Assembly: GCA_965208125.1 (NCBI GenBank)
Contig: OZ242320.1
Coordinates: forward strand, 4,096,001 to 4,160,000
Length of the DNA: 64,000 nucleotides
From: Candidatus Latescibacterota bacterium
GTDB taxonomy: Bacteria > Latescibacterota > UBA2968
Direction of reading: 5' to 3'
The position numbers were made by a program, and so were the translations under genes. The stretch's first letter is position 1, and every line of letters begins with the position of its first letter. Below, one piece after another: positions 30,200 to 38,600 of this stretch. A model generated the notes under the pieces. That model was not told where the DNA came from, did not search any database, and saw only the letters and a program-made list of their open reading frames with translations.

Positions 30200-31675
30200 A
30201 TGGCAGATCAATATGAACCCAATTGGGCATCACTCACCAGTTATGAAATACCCGATTGGGTAAATGATTCTAAGTTTGGCATTTATGCACACTGGGGACC
30301 ATACTCGGCAGCGGCATTTGGCAACGAGTGGTATGCACGCAATATGTATATCGAAGGTTCACCTGAGCACGCGCATTTTGTGTCGCGATTTGGAGATCTT
30401 TCAAAGGCGGGATACAAAGAATGGATTCCACGGTTTACAGCAGAAAATTTCGATCCAGAACAGTGGGCTGAAATTATTGCTGGCTCAGGTGCGCAGTACG
30501 CAGGTATTTCACTGGTTCATCACGATGGGTTTTTGCTGTGGGATTGCAAAGTGAATCGATGGAATGCTGCAAACATGGGGCCCAAACGCGATTTGTATGG
30601 TGATCTGGTTGCAGAACTCAGAAAAAAGGGCTTACGCATTTCAGCCACGTTTCACCATATGCGCACGTTTAACTGGTATTTGCCAGGCAGCAGCACGTTA
30701 GGCGAAGCGCCTTCTGAATCGGAGATTGAGCAGGCAAAAAGTAAGGGATGGGATCTCTTTGATCCTGAGTATGCAGACTTGTACTGGAATGCTGTGACGG
30801 GTAAATACGAAGATTTTCTGGAAGAGTGGAAAAAGAAGATCATAGAAGTGTTTGACACCTATCAACCAGATCTCACCTGGTTTGATGGCGGACGTTTCCG
30901 TGAGGGGCCAGCACAAGATGCAGTTTGTACTGTGCTGGCACATTATTTTAACAGGAGCCTGGAGTGGGGCAAAGGCGTTACTGTGCTGAATAAGCTACCT
31001 ACGAATGGGAAGTTTAATTTTCCACGAGAATTGGGTATGTTGACATTTGAGCAGGGCCGTGATCGTTTGCCGGGAATAGAGCGACCCTGGATTGATGACA
31101 TCAATATCGCAGAACGTTCGTGGGGGTATATTGAAGGACAAACGTATCGCTCTGCTGCATACATTTTAAAGAGCCTGATTGATGCCGTAAGCCGAGGTGG
31201 CGGTATTTTTCTTTCTCTTGCACCTATGGCAGATGGCACGATTCCCGACGCGCAGGTGAAAGTGTTGGGTGAGATCGGCGAATGGCTAAGTGTAAATAGC
31301 GAAGCGATTCACGGCACGCGTCCATGGCGCATACAAACGGAGGGCAATGTCGAGCGAATATGGGAGCAGGGCAAGAGATGGCGGTATCATTTGTGCGATG
31401 AAACAGATATTCGCTTTACCTGTACAAAAGATGCGCTCTATGCTATTGTAATGGGTTGCCCAAAGGACGACACATATCACATTGAAACACTCCGCCCGAT
31501 CACTCGCATTGGCGATGGCGATATTCGTTCTGTCCGATTGCTTGGATGCGATCAGCCCTTGACCTGGAATCAGGATAACGATGGGTTGCTCATCGATTTG
31601 CCCAACGAGAAACCAAACGATCAGGCATATACATTTAAGATCGAGATAGATGGTGAGATTGATTTAGAGATGTAA
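30200..31675 (+). CDS. Alpha-L-fucosidase (GH29)
   Basis: KFGIYAHWG, HHDGF..W, WFDG; AAGGAG RBS before MADQYEPNW; TTGACA at ~30114. Confidence 0.92.
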   Translation: MADQYEPNWASLTSYEIPDWVNDSKFGIYAHWGPYSAAAFGNEWYARNMYIEGSPEHAHFVSRFGDLSKAGYKEWIPRFTAENFDPEQWAEIIAGSGAQYAGISLVHHDGFLLWDCKVNRWNAANMGPKRDLYGDLVAELRKKGLRISATFHHMRTFNWYLPGSSTLGEAPSESEIEQAKSKGWDLFDPEYADLYWNAVTGKYEDFLEEWKKKIIEVFDTYQPDLTWFDGGRFREGPAQDAVCTVLAHYFNRSLEWGKGVTVLNKLPTNGKFNFPRELGMLTFEQGRDRLPGIERPWIDDINIAERSWGYIEGQTYRSAAYILKSLIDAVSRGGGIFLSLAPMADGTIPDAQVKVLGEIGEWLSVNSEAIHGTRPWRIQTEGNVERIWEQGKRWRYHLCDETDIRFTCTKDALYAIVMGCPKDDTYHIETLRPITRIGDGDIRSVRLLGCDQPLTWNQDNDGLLIDLPNEKPNDQAYTFKIEIDGEIDLEM

Positions 31676-31692
31676 CATCATTGGATAGGGGT

Positions 31693-32691
31693 TCAGATAG
31701 TCGTTCTTCCCTGATACAGTAATGGATGTATGATCCCAATCGCGTCAATCTCAGACTGAAGATCGGTGGGGAGGGGCCCACGCTCAATGGCGTCGATATT
31801 CGATTCGATTTCATACGGATTTTTGAAGCCAGTTACGATACATTTGAGACGCTGCTCAGGCAGTAGCCAGCGCAGGGTGAGTTCCGGCAACTCCAGGCCC
31901 GATGATGCCTGGATGTCCAGGTATTTGCAATACGCGCGGTGGAAGCCTTCATCCATCCATTCGGGCAGATGGTCACGCCAGTCTGACCTGGCAACGGCAA
32001 GCCAGCCCTTCATAAACATCGCACCACCAACAACTCCTACGCCCTCTTCTTCGGTAAGGGGAAGCAGAAAACGAGCAGCGTTGCGATAAATCGGATTGTA
32101 TTGGTGTGCGACCATCATTGAGTCCAGTTCAGTGGCGCTGACCAGCCGAGCAAGGCGTCGTGCATCTTTACCAGTGATGCCGATGAAGCGTGCCTTGCCT
32201 TGTTTCTTTGCAATGCGAAGAAACTCCAAACAAGGTGCCGCCGGAAAGTCATACTCTTCCTCGTCTATGATCAGCGGTCCTCCGTGGGATATGGCAATCT
32301 CTTTAGGCACAGGATCATCTGACCACCACTTCCGCTGATCTGCCTCATGTAGCTGGATCAGATCCACATAGTCGGTCTGAAGTCTGCCCAGACTCTCTTC
32401 AAATTGTCGCATGAGAGAATTGACTTTGCGGTGTCCTCCCGGATCTTCTACACCACCTACCTTGGTCGCCAAGAATACCTTTTCCCGGCGACCACGCAAT
32501 GCCTCACCTAACATACGCTCATCTTTGCCTTTGCCATAGGCGGCAGCCGTATCGAAGTAATTGATCCCCCGGTCAACTGCCAGGGCAATACATTCGTTTA
32601 CTCCCGGTTGGCCCTGGCCAGACATAAAAGCTGTGCCCAGGCCAAGTTCGCTGACATTCACTCCCGTATTTCCAAGTGCTCGACGCTTCAT
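31693..32691 (-). CDS. Aldo/keto reductase
   Basis: RRALGNTG..VSELGLG, DTAAAYG, ATK, SLGRLQTDYVDLIQLH. Confidence 0.92.
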   Translation of the reverse strand: MKRRALGNTGVNVSELGLGTAFMSGQGQPGVNECIALAVDRGINYFDTAAAYGKGKDERMLGEALRGRREKVFLATKVGGVEDPGGHRKVNSLMRQFEESLGRLQTDYVDLIQLHEADQRKWWSDDPVPKEIAISHGGPLIIDEEEYDFPAAPCLEFLRIAKKQGKARFIGITGKDARRLARLVSATELDSMMVAHQYNPIYRNAARFLLPLTEEEGVGVVGGAMFMKGWLAVARSDWRDHLPEWMDEGFHRAYCKYLDIQASSGLELPELTLRWLLPEQRLKCIVTGFKNPYEIESNIDAIERGPLPTDLQSEIDAIGIIHPLLYQGRTTI

Positions 32692-32772
32692 ATGAATACC
32701 GTACTCCTTTCGCCGTCATGTTGCTTTTCTCGCCTACACGCCAGCAGTCAAACATTGAACGGAATGACTCTG

Positions 32773-33660
32773 TCAATTCAAGTGGTTGTCCAGGAATCCC
32801 AATACTCTCGCGAAGGCGGCTTTCACTTGAGGGTCCCACCAGCGTCCGTCGAATCCGTGGCCGCCTCCCTCTATGGTGATCATCTCGTGATCTACGCCCG
32901 CCTCCTTCAGGCGGTTCTGCATACGCACAGACATTTCGTACGGAACGTCGGTGTCGTCTGTCCCGTGTAGCAGCAGCGTTGGCGGATAGTTCGCATCGAC
33001 GTTCTGATCTGGGCAGTAGGGGGTGAAAAACGCGGGATCCTTCGCAGGATCGAAGCCGCTGACTTTGATCGGCCAGATGCCCTGCTGCCGCGTGTACAGA
33101 TAAAACGTGCCTGGACGTCTGCCTTCCGAAATCGCTCTCGGCTCGATCTGCTCCATCGCCTCTTCGCGCCCGATGTGCCGCTGCCCCAGATAGAACGGGG
33201 ACGGTTTTGAATACCACGAACCGATCAGATCTCCATATCCATAGAAGGACACCAGGGCCCTGGGCTTCGAATCGAACGTGCCCGACATCAACGTCAGGTA
33301 ACCGCCCGCGGAATGTCCGACCACGCCAATTCGCGTAGGATCGACACCGAGTTCATCTGCGTTCGACCGAATCCACCCAAACGCATCGCGGACATCTGCT
33401 ATGATATCTGGTAGTTTGGTCTCAGGGGCGAGTCGGTAGTCGATCGAGATGACCTTGTATCCCGCATCTACGTAGCGAGCCGCGTGGCCCTGACCGTTTT
33501 CTCGACTGCCCATTATGAGTGCACCACCGTGAATCCACACTACGGCAGGGGATATTTCAGCCATCGCTTCTGACGAATACACGTCGAGATGGATGTCGCA
33601 GTCTGCGGTCTTCTTGAAAGCGTAGGTTCGGCGCAGGAGTGTAAAAATGGGTTCCGGCAA
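32773..33660 (-). CDS. Alpha/beta hydrolase (HSL-like esterase)
   Basis: HGG, DYRLAPE, GHSAG, HGTDDTDVP, GHGFD. Confidence 0.9.
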   Translation of the reverse strand: MPEPIFTLLRRTYAFKKTADCDIHLDVYSSEAMAEISPAVVWIHGGALIMGSRENGQGHAARYVDAGYKVISIDYRLAPETKLPDIIADVRDAFGWIRSNADELGVDPTRIGVVGHSAGGYLTLMSGTFDSKPRALVSFYGYGDLIGSWYSKPSPFYLGQRHIGREEAMEQIEPRAISEGRRPGTFYLYTRQQGIWPIKVSGFDPAKDPAFFTPYCPDQNVDANYPPTLLLHGTDDTDVPYEMSVRMQNRLKEAGVDHEMITIEGGGHGFDGRWWDPQVKAAFARVLGFLDNHLN

Positions 33661-33670
33661 AGTATCCTCG

Positions 33671-34279
33671 TTATTGAAGAAGCCTCAGATGATTCAGTTT
33701 TTGCCGAAGACTGTCGGCTCCAGTATAGGTGTGTCCGGCTATACCCAATCTGGTCGCTGCTGCCACATGCCCGGCGTTGTCGTCTATAAACAAAGCCTGC
33801 TCTGGAGTTGCTTCCACAGTATCTAAGGCTGCGAAGTAGATATTGGGATCGGGTTTTGTAAACCCGACCTCTGAGGAGTTGATGATGTAATCGAAATCTC
33901 CGGCGATGCCCAGTCGCTGAAGGTCTGAGGGTAACCTCGATGTCGCATTGCTGATGAGGACTAACTGAGCCTTCTTTCGACAAGCCCGCAAGATCCCCAG
34001 GACCTCCGAATTGACTTCTCCTGGCGATGCGGACCAGAGTTCAACCGCGCGCTCCGCGTTGGCTTCCGGGAAGTCCTTGCTGAGCAGGTCCGCAATTTTC
34101 CGCCGCCACTCTTCGTCAGAGATTTGTCCTGTGATCACCAGAGGGAGCAAGTCATCTGAGAACGCTGCTCTGGGGATGGCTCCTTCGGGTAACCCGGTTG
34201 CTCGTTCCGCTTTCCGATGTATTTCAGGGGACCAGATCCGAATTACCCCATCAAGGTCTGTCAAAATTACATTTGTCAT
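33671..34279 (-). CDS. HAD family hydrolase
   Basis: DLDGV, ISN, KPDP.IY, FIDD. Confidence 0.9.
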   Translation of the reverse strand: MTNVILTDLDGVIRIWSPEIHRKAERATGLPEGAIPRAAFSDDLLPLVITGQISDEEWRRKIADLLSKDFPEANAERAVELWSASPGEVNSEVLGILRACRKKAQLVLISNATSRLPSDLQRLGIAGDFDYIINSSEVGFTKPDPNIYFAALDTVEATPEQALFIDDNAGHVAAATRLGIAGHTYTGADSLRQKLNHLRLLQ

Positions 34280-34362
34280 TTATGTTTCTTATCTCGCAGT
34301 GATGTACGGCATTTCTATGGGCATCAATTGAATAAACACTCTTGTTATGCGTTGTGGTCTTC

Positions 34363-35430
34363 TCAATCAGATTCGACCGCATTCTCCAAAATGGTAAACT
34401 TGCGCCAATCAGAGTCGATTTCTGCTTGAATTCCATACGGAAGAACGAACATCGGATCTGTATGCCCGAAATCCATCTGCGTAATTATGGGGAGCGAAGT
34501 CAATCCTTCCTCGTCAGCGACTATCTGAAGTATGGCGTCGTCATAAGTATGAAACGAATCAGGCGACAACTCGTGGCCACCTGGTCTTCCAAAGAGAATC
34601 CCACTCAAAGATGGAAGAATGTCCATCGCAGCAAGAGACCGGAAAAACCTGGTTACCGTACTTGGCGGCGGTGTTTCTTCAGACGTTTCGATAAAGAGTA
34701 TCGCACCTTTCCACACTTCCTTGTTAGGCCAAACGTCTGTGCTTCTTATCCAGTCGAGAACTTCGAGGCAACCACCTATGAGGTGTCCTTCTGTTTGCCC
34801 TTCTCCCTGGAGATACTGCCAACCCGCAGAGCCTTGAAGGATCCGCTTTCTTTTTTGATTCGCAGGATTTGCCCAGTCAAGACGTTCGACGGTCCAGCCA
34901 TCTCGATTCTCCGGTATTTCACCAATATTTCCAGAATCAAATAAGGTCCGTCTAACGGAGTTCACCATGTAGGGAAACAACCCACCGTTCTCGGCAAATC
35001 CTGCCATAATTGCTGGACCATAAAAGGAGACAATGCCCGCCTTTAGGCACGCAAAGTGGGAAACGGTCGTATCGGAATATCCCACGAAGGGCTTCGGATT
35101 CGTCCTGATAAGATCAAGGTCTAAGTGACGAAGAATTCTAATCGAGTCATCGCCGCCAATAGTCGATATAATTCCTTTGATTTCTGAGTTTGAAAAGGCT
35201 TCCATCAAGTCATCCGCACGCGCTTTTGGATTCTCAGAGAGCCATTTTGGCTCTCTGAGTGTATGAGGCATCTCGATCACGACCAGGCCAAATGCTTCTT
35301 CCAGTTGCTTTTTTCCAGCTTCATATCGATGTGGAATTAGCCCCGGTCCACCCCATGACAGAGATACAGTGGCTACCTTATCTCCCTCTTGAAGCTTTGG
35401 TGGTTTAGTAAGCGATGGTTTCATTATCAA
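34363..35430 (-). CDS. S66 family LD-carboxypeptidase (MccF-like)
   Basis: IGGDDS, GYSDTT, LFIETSE, DFGHTDP. Confidence 0.9.
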   Translation of the reverse strand: MIMKPSLTKPPKLQEGDKVATVSLSWGGPGLIPHRYEAGKKQLEEAFGLVVIEMPHTLREPKWLSENPKARADDLMEAFSNSEIKGIISTIGGDDSIRILRHLDLDLIRTNPKPFVGYSDTTVSHFACLKAGIVSFYGPAIMAGFAENGGLFPYMVNSVRRTLFDSGNIGEIPENRDGWTVERLDWANPANQKRKRILQGSAGWQYLQGEGQTEGHLIGGCLEVLDWIRSTDVWPNKEVWKGAILFIETSEETPPPSTVTRFFRSLAAMDILPSLSGILFGRPGGHELSPDSFHTYDDAILQIVADEEGLTSLPIITQMDFGHTDPMFVLPYGIQAEIDSDWRKFTILENAVESD

Positions 35431-35455
35431 GTCTGTTTAGTTTTTGTGGGCGATT

Positions 35456-35496
35456 GCCGCTAACGTCTTCCGGTTTGTAAACCCGCTGTTAACGGT
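35456..35496 (-). repeat. attC-like remnant upstream of the S66 gene
   Basis: Minus ...AAACCGGAAGAC-GTTAGCGGCAAT core site; CGCATAACAA inverse core follows the gene's stop at 34342-34351. Confidence 0.55.
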
Positions 35497-35523
35497 AGTC
35501 ATCCTCCCTTGAGTAAACGAAGA

Positions 35524-35550
35524 CCCCGTGCGTGGAAAATCCACACGGGG
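35524..35550 (-). terminator. GC-rich hairpin, terminator-like
   Basis: CCCCGTG(C)GTGGA-AAA-TCCACACGGGG, followed on minus by TCTTCGTTT. Confidence 0.5.
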
Positions 35551-35559
35551 CTGAAAACA

Positions 35560-35651
35560 CGAAATAGCAGAGGTCTCAAGAGAGGAATATACTCGTCGTC
35601 GAAGGGACAGTTGATAAAGACGTTGGTATGAAATTCTCCTTCACTGTTCAC
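35560..35651 (-). pseudogene. 5' stub of a VFINCPFD-motif protein translationally coupled to DUF2188
   Basis: GTGA overlap; VNSEGEFHTNVFINCPFDDEYIPLLRPLLF, then breaks into the hairpin. Confidence 0.6.
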
Positions 35652-35863
35652 TTAGCCCGTTTCCATTTTTGTATGGATCCATCTCGTTCGTGGATGACGA
35701 CATCCCTACCCTTCGAAATCTTGCTTGCGCTTCTTTCGGCAGCGGACTTAGTGCGGTAGATCTTTGAAGCTTTGGAATTCCCTTCCTTCTTGACTGCCCA
35801 ACCATCTTTTCGTGAGATGACATGCACTCTTTGGCCATTGGTTGCTTGTGAATTTCTTGCCAT
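35648..35863 (-). CDS. DUF2188 family small protein
   Basis: HVI....GWAVKKEG..KAS....TK..A...VVIH.RDGSIQ. Confidence 0.85.
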   Translation of the reverse strand: MARNSQATNGQRVHVISRKDGWAVKKEGNSKASKIYRTKSAAERSASKISKGRDVVIHERDGSIQKWKRAK

Positions 35864-35984
35864 GGCAGGTCCTTTCTCATCCTCGTAGGTGCTTATCTAA
35901 GTCTTCTGACAATATATCAAAATGTGTAGATAAACGAAAGCGATTACCCTCAGTTTTTTATTTTTTTACCCACTATGCTTGCTG

Positions 35985-36818
35985 TCACTTATCTCCATTT
36001 TTGGTAGCAATGAAGATCATCTCTTTTTCGTGTTCAGAATTCAGGGCCTCGTCTGTCCAATCGCCTTTGACATCGACATCTTGAAAGCCTGCCAATTCCA
36101 GCATCCACATCAGTTCATTTCGATGGTACCAGTGAGTCTGTCCGGTGTGAATCTCCTCCTTTATGAGCCGATCGCCTTCGTATAGTTCATATCGCCGTTC
36201 TCGGACAGCATATTGCGCCACCGTATCTTCAAAAATCTTGTGGTGGTAAACCAGTAGGCGCTTTCCGTCTTCAAGCTCCTTGTTGGCGATCTGTTTCCAT
36301 TCGCCGGGCCACGCGTGAATCTCTTTGGGGCCCCAGTAATAAAAACTATGGGCTGGGGCAACATTAAAGGCGAGAATCCCACCAGGCTCCAAATGAGCGT
36401 GGCATCGGCGGAGCGTTTCCAATGCCGCTCGCCGCCCCATTACACACTGGAAACCACCGCACGGGATATAGATGGCATTAAAACGATCGGGGAGATCCAA
36501 CTGCTGCATCTGCTGCTCGTAGAGCACGGGGTCCAGCCCCATCGCGTTCGCATGCTGGCGACATACAGATAGCATATCGCCCGAAATGTCCACCCCCTGT
36601 ACATCAAATCCTTCTTGCAAAAAGGTCAGTAGTAACCTCCCCGCTCCGCATCCCAGTTCCAGGGCCTTACTTCCAGCTTTCTCAAGGATGCCTTTGTAGA
36701 ATGACTTGTCTATGCGGGGATCTGACGTCGATATCGTAGCCCAATGAAGTGCGGAGAGTCCAGTGTACAGATCTCGTTCATCGAATTTCATGAAAATATC
36801 CTCATAAAGCGGAGACAT
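35985..36818 (-). CDS. Class I SAM-dependent methyltransferase (paralog of 46261-47064)
   Basis: ALELGCGAGR; shares DERDLYTGL..HWATIS with the paralog; start may be 36791. Confidence 0.9.
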   Translation of the reverse strand: MSPLYEDIFMKFDERDLYTGLSALHWATISTSDPRIDKSFYKGILEKAGSKALELGCGAGRLLLTFLQEGFDVQGVDISGDMLSVCRQHANAMGLDPVLYEQQMQQLDLPDRFNAIYIPCGGFQCVMGRRAALETLRRCHAHLEPGGILAFNVAPAHSFYYWGPKEIHAWPGEWKQIANKELEDGKRLLVYHHKIFEDTVAQYAVRERRYELYEGDRLIKEEIHTGQTHWYHRNELMWMLELAGFQDVDVKGDWTDEALNSEHEKEMIFIATKNGDK

Positions 36819-36849
36819 TCAGTATCCGGGTTTTGTTTTTCCGCTTCAC

Positions 36850-37281
36850 TTTCCTGTAGGAAGCCCCGTCCTTTGGGCGTGGTCAGAGATAGTTGGCTTT
36901 GCCGTTAAGCCGTTTTGTGGGTATATTTCGCAGGTGCTATCGTAGCGCACACAAAGGCACTCTCTTTTGAGAGTAAACGGTTTCGGTGTGGGATAGCACA
37001 CAAAACCCTCTCTGTGATGTTAGTTGAGAGGCAGATTTGGCAACAACAGCGGTATGGATTGCGGTTGTGTTGTCGTCAAATCTGATGGGCATAGTTAGGG
37101 GCCTGACCTCCCAAACCTGCGGTAGCAATCCGCTGCTGTCAACTGCCCTGAAGTCTCGCCACGCAGTGAGCGGTTTAAACCTAAGCCCTTGCTCGGATAT
37201 GCTGCATTGCCTCCAATGGGTGGGTCAAGCACCTGGGGGTGTGGCAGGGACAAGCCACCTGCTCAGCAGGTGGTGGTTGAC
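36850..37281 (+). mobile_element. Non-autonomous IS200/IS605-family element with no transposase, retaining the tnpB 3' tail and probable omegaRNA
   Basis: LE hairpin with guide GAAG (36860) and target TCAC (36846-49); RE hairpin with guide CAAG (37251) ending in TGAC; TnpB-like tail AAVNCPEVS at 37132-37158; excision restores a stop codon in the flanking gene. Confidence 0.85.
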
Positions 37282-38492
37282 AAAAGATTCCCTTGTGCGC
37301 GGGAATTGTGGCCTATCACCGTGATCGGCTCGGTCATTCCTATACAGACATTGCCACTCACAAGGTTCCAGTCACTGTGACCACTCTCGACGATGCCCCG
37401 CGTCTGGCACGGTGTGTCCCCCCCAACAGTCGAAGATTTGTCAACATCATCGGCGCAACGGTTGCCCTGGACAAGAAATCTTTTGACATTATGCAGGCGC
37501 AGAGCGGGATAAGCTCCTGGCTTCTTCCAGGAATTACTCCGAAGGATGTTCCCGACGATCACATGTTCCACGCCATCGCTTGCGTTAATGCCCCACTTGC
37601 CATTCTCTGAGCACACATTGTTGCTGATGATGTTGTGATGATCCTCCCCATGCCCTACGCCGCCGATGCCACTGTGTTCGTTGCCTGTGAACACACTGTC
37701 GCTACATATAGAGTCGCGCACATGGCCGCAGAAGTACAGACCGTCTCCGCCGTTTCCTATGGCGATGTTGTGTGACCAAATGCTGCGTTCTATACCAGTG
37801 CCGGGGTGATATCCGTGTCCGCGACAAAAGCGAACCTGACAGTGGGTGACCTGCACATCCGATCCGCCCTGCACGCTGATGCCGTCACTCGGCCAGTCGA
37901 TGACCGCTACATTCTGGATGCGTACACCTCTACAGTAGATAGTGTGTACAGCGCTGTAAGTGAAGTCTTGCCACCAGCGCCCTTTGGGATCTCTTGACCC
38001 GCGCAGCGTCAAATCGCGTAAGCTCACGTCGTCTCTCCCGACAGCGGTAATACCAGGGAAGAGGCCGACGATCTGGGCTTCCTCTTTTACCCTCAGGCCT
38101 CTGTTCAGTGGCTCACTCAAGCGAACGAGGTTGCCCTTTACCGACTTCACCCGTGCGTGGGTCCCATCCCACCATTGGCGAGGACGGTCGGTCAGCCCGA
38201 CGCCATCGTCTGCTACAAAGGGCACTCGTCCACGCAAGTAGATGCTGCGGGAACCTTTGCGTGCATCTCGAATCAGGAACAGCGCTCTGGGTGTAGCTAT
38301 CGACAGTTCAGTAGCTGATCCATCGCCGATGAGGCTCACGCCACTTCGGAGGACAATCGACTGACGTAGCTGCCATTTGCCTGCTGGAATCCGGACGCTC
38401 CCACCTCGCTCGCCAAGGGCGTCAATCGCCTCCTGAATCCCCGAGGTAGCCGAATCCTGATCGAGAGATGCCGTGATTATTTTGCTCATCAC
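37263..38492 (-). CDS. Right-handed parallel beta-helix (pectate lyase-like) protein
   Basis: GIQEAIDAL...GGSVRIPAG, repeated N..GI beta-helix coils; last residues STTTC come from the IS end. Confidence 0.82.
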   Translation of the reverse strand: MMSKIITASLDQDSATSGIQEAIDALGERGGSVRIPAGKWQLRQSIVLRSGVSLIGDGSATELSIATPRALFLIRDARKGSRSIYLRGRVPFVADDGVGLTDRPRQWWDGTHARVKSVKGNLVRLSEPLNRGLRVKEEAQIVGLFPGITAVGRDDVSLRDLTLRGSRDPKGRWWQDFTYSAVHTIYCRGVRIQNVAVIDWPSDGISVQGGSDVQVTHCQVRFCRGHGYHPGTGIERSIWSHNIAIGNGGDGLYFCGHVRDSICSDSVFTGNEHSGIGGVGHGEDHHNIISNNVCSENGKWGINASDGVEHVIVGNILRSNSWKKPGAYPALRLHNVKRFLVQGNRCADDVDKSSTVGGDTPCQTRGIVESGHSDWNLVSGNVCIGMTEPITVIGHNSRAQGNLLSTTTC

Positions 38493-38600
38493 GGGTTTTC
38501 AGTACCTTTCATCAAAGTCTGTATTCCACAATCGAACCGTATTCCTGAGATCGGGGCATCAATAGAGCATACGCTCTCGCCTTGTCTTGTTTTTCGTTTT

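Noticed and set aside
32730-32742. GTGTAGGCG (minus) as a mutated attC core
   Set aside because: Too short and has no partner half-site
37100-37281. IscB/HEARO 5' end on the minus strand (GTCAACCACC...GCTTG)
   Set aside because: No IscB ORF follows; the guide/cleavage rules and TnpB tail fit a plus-strand right end better
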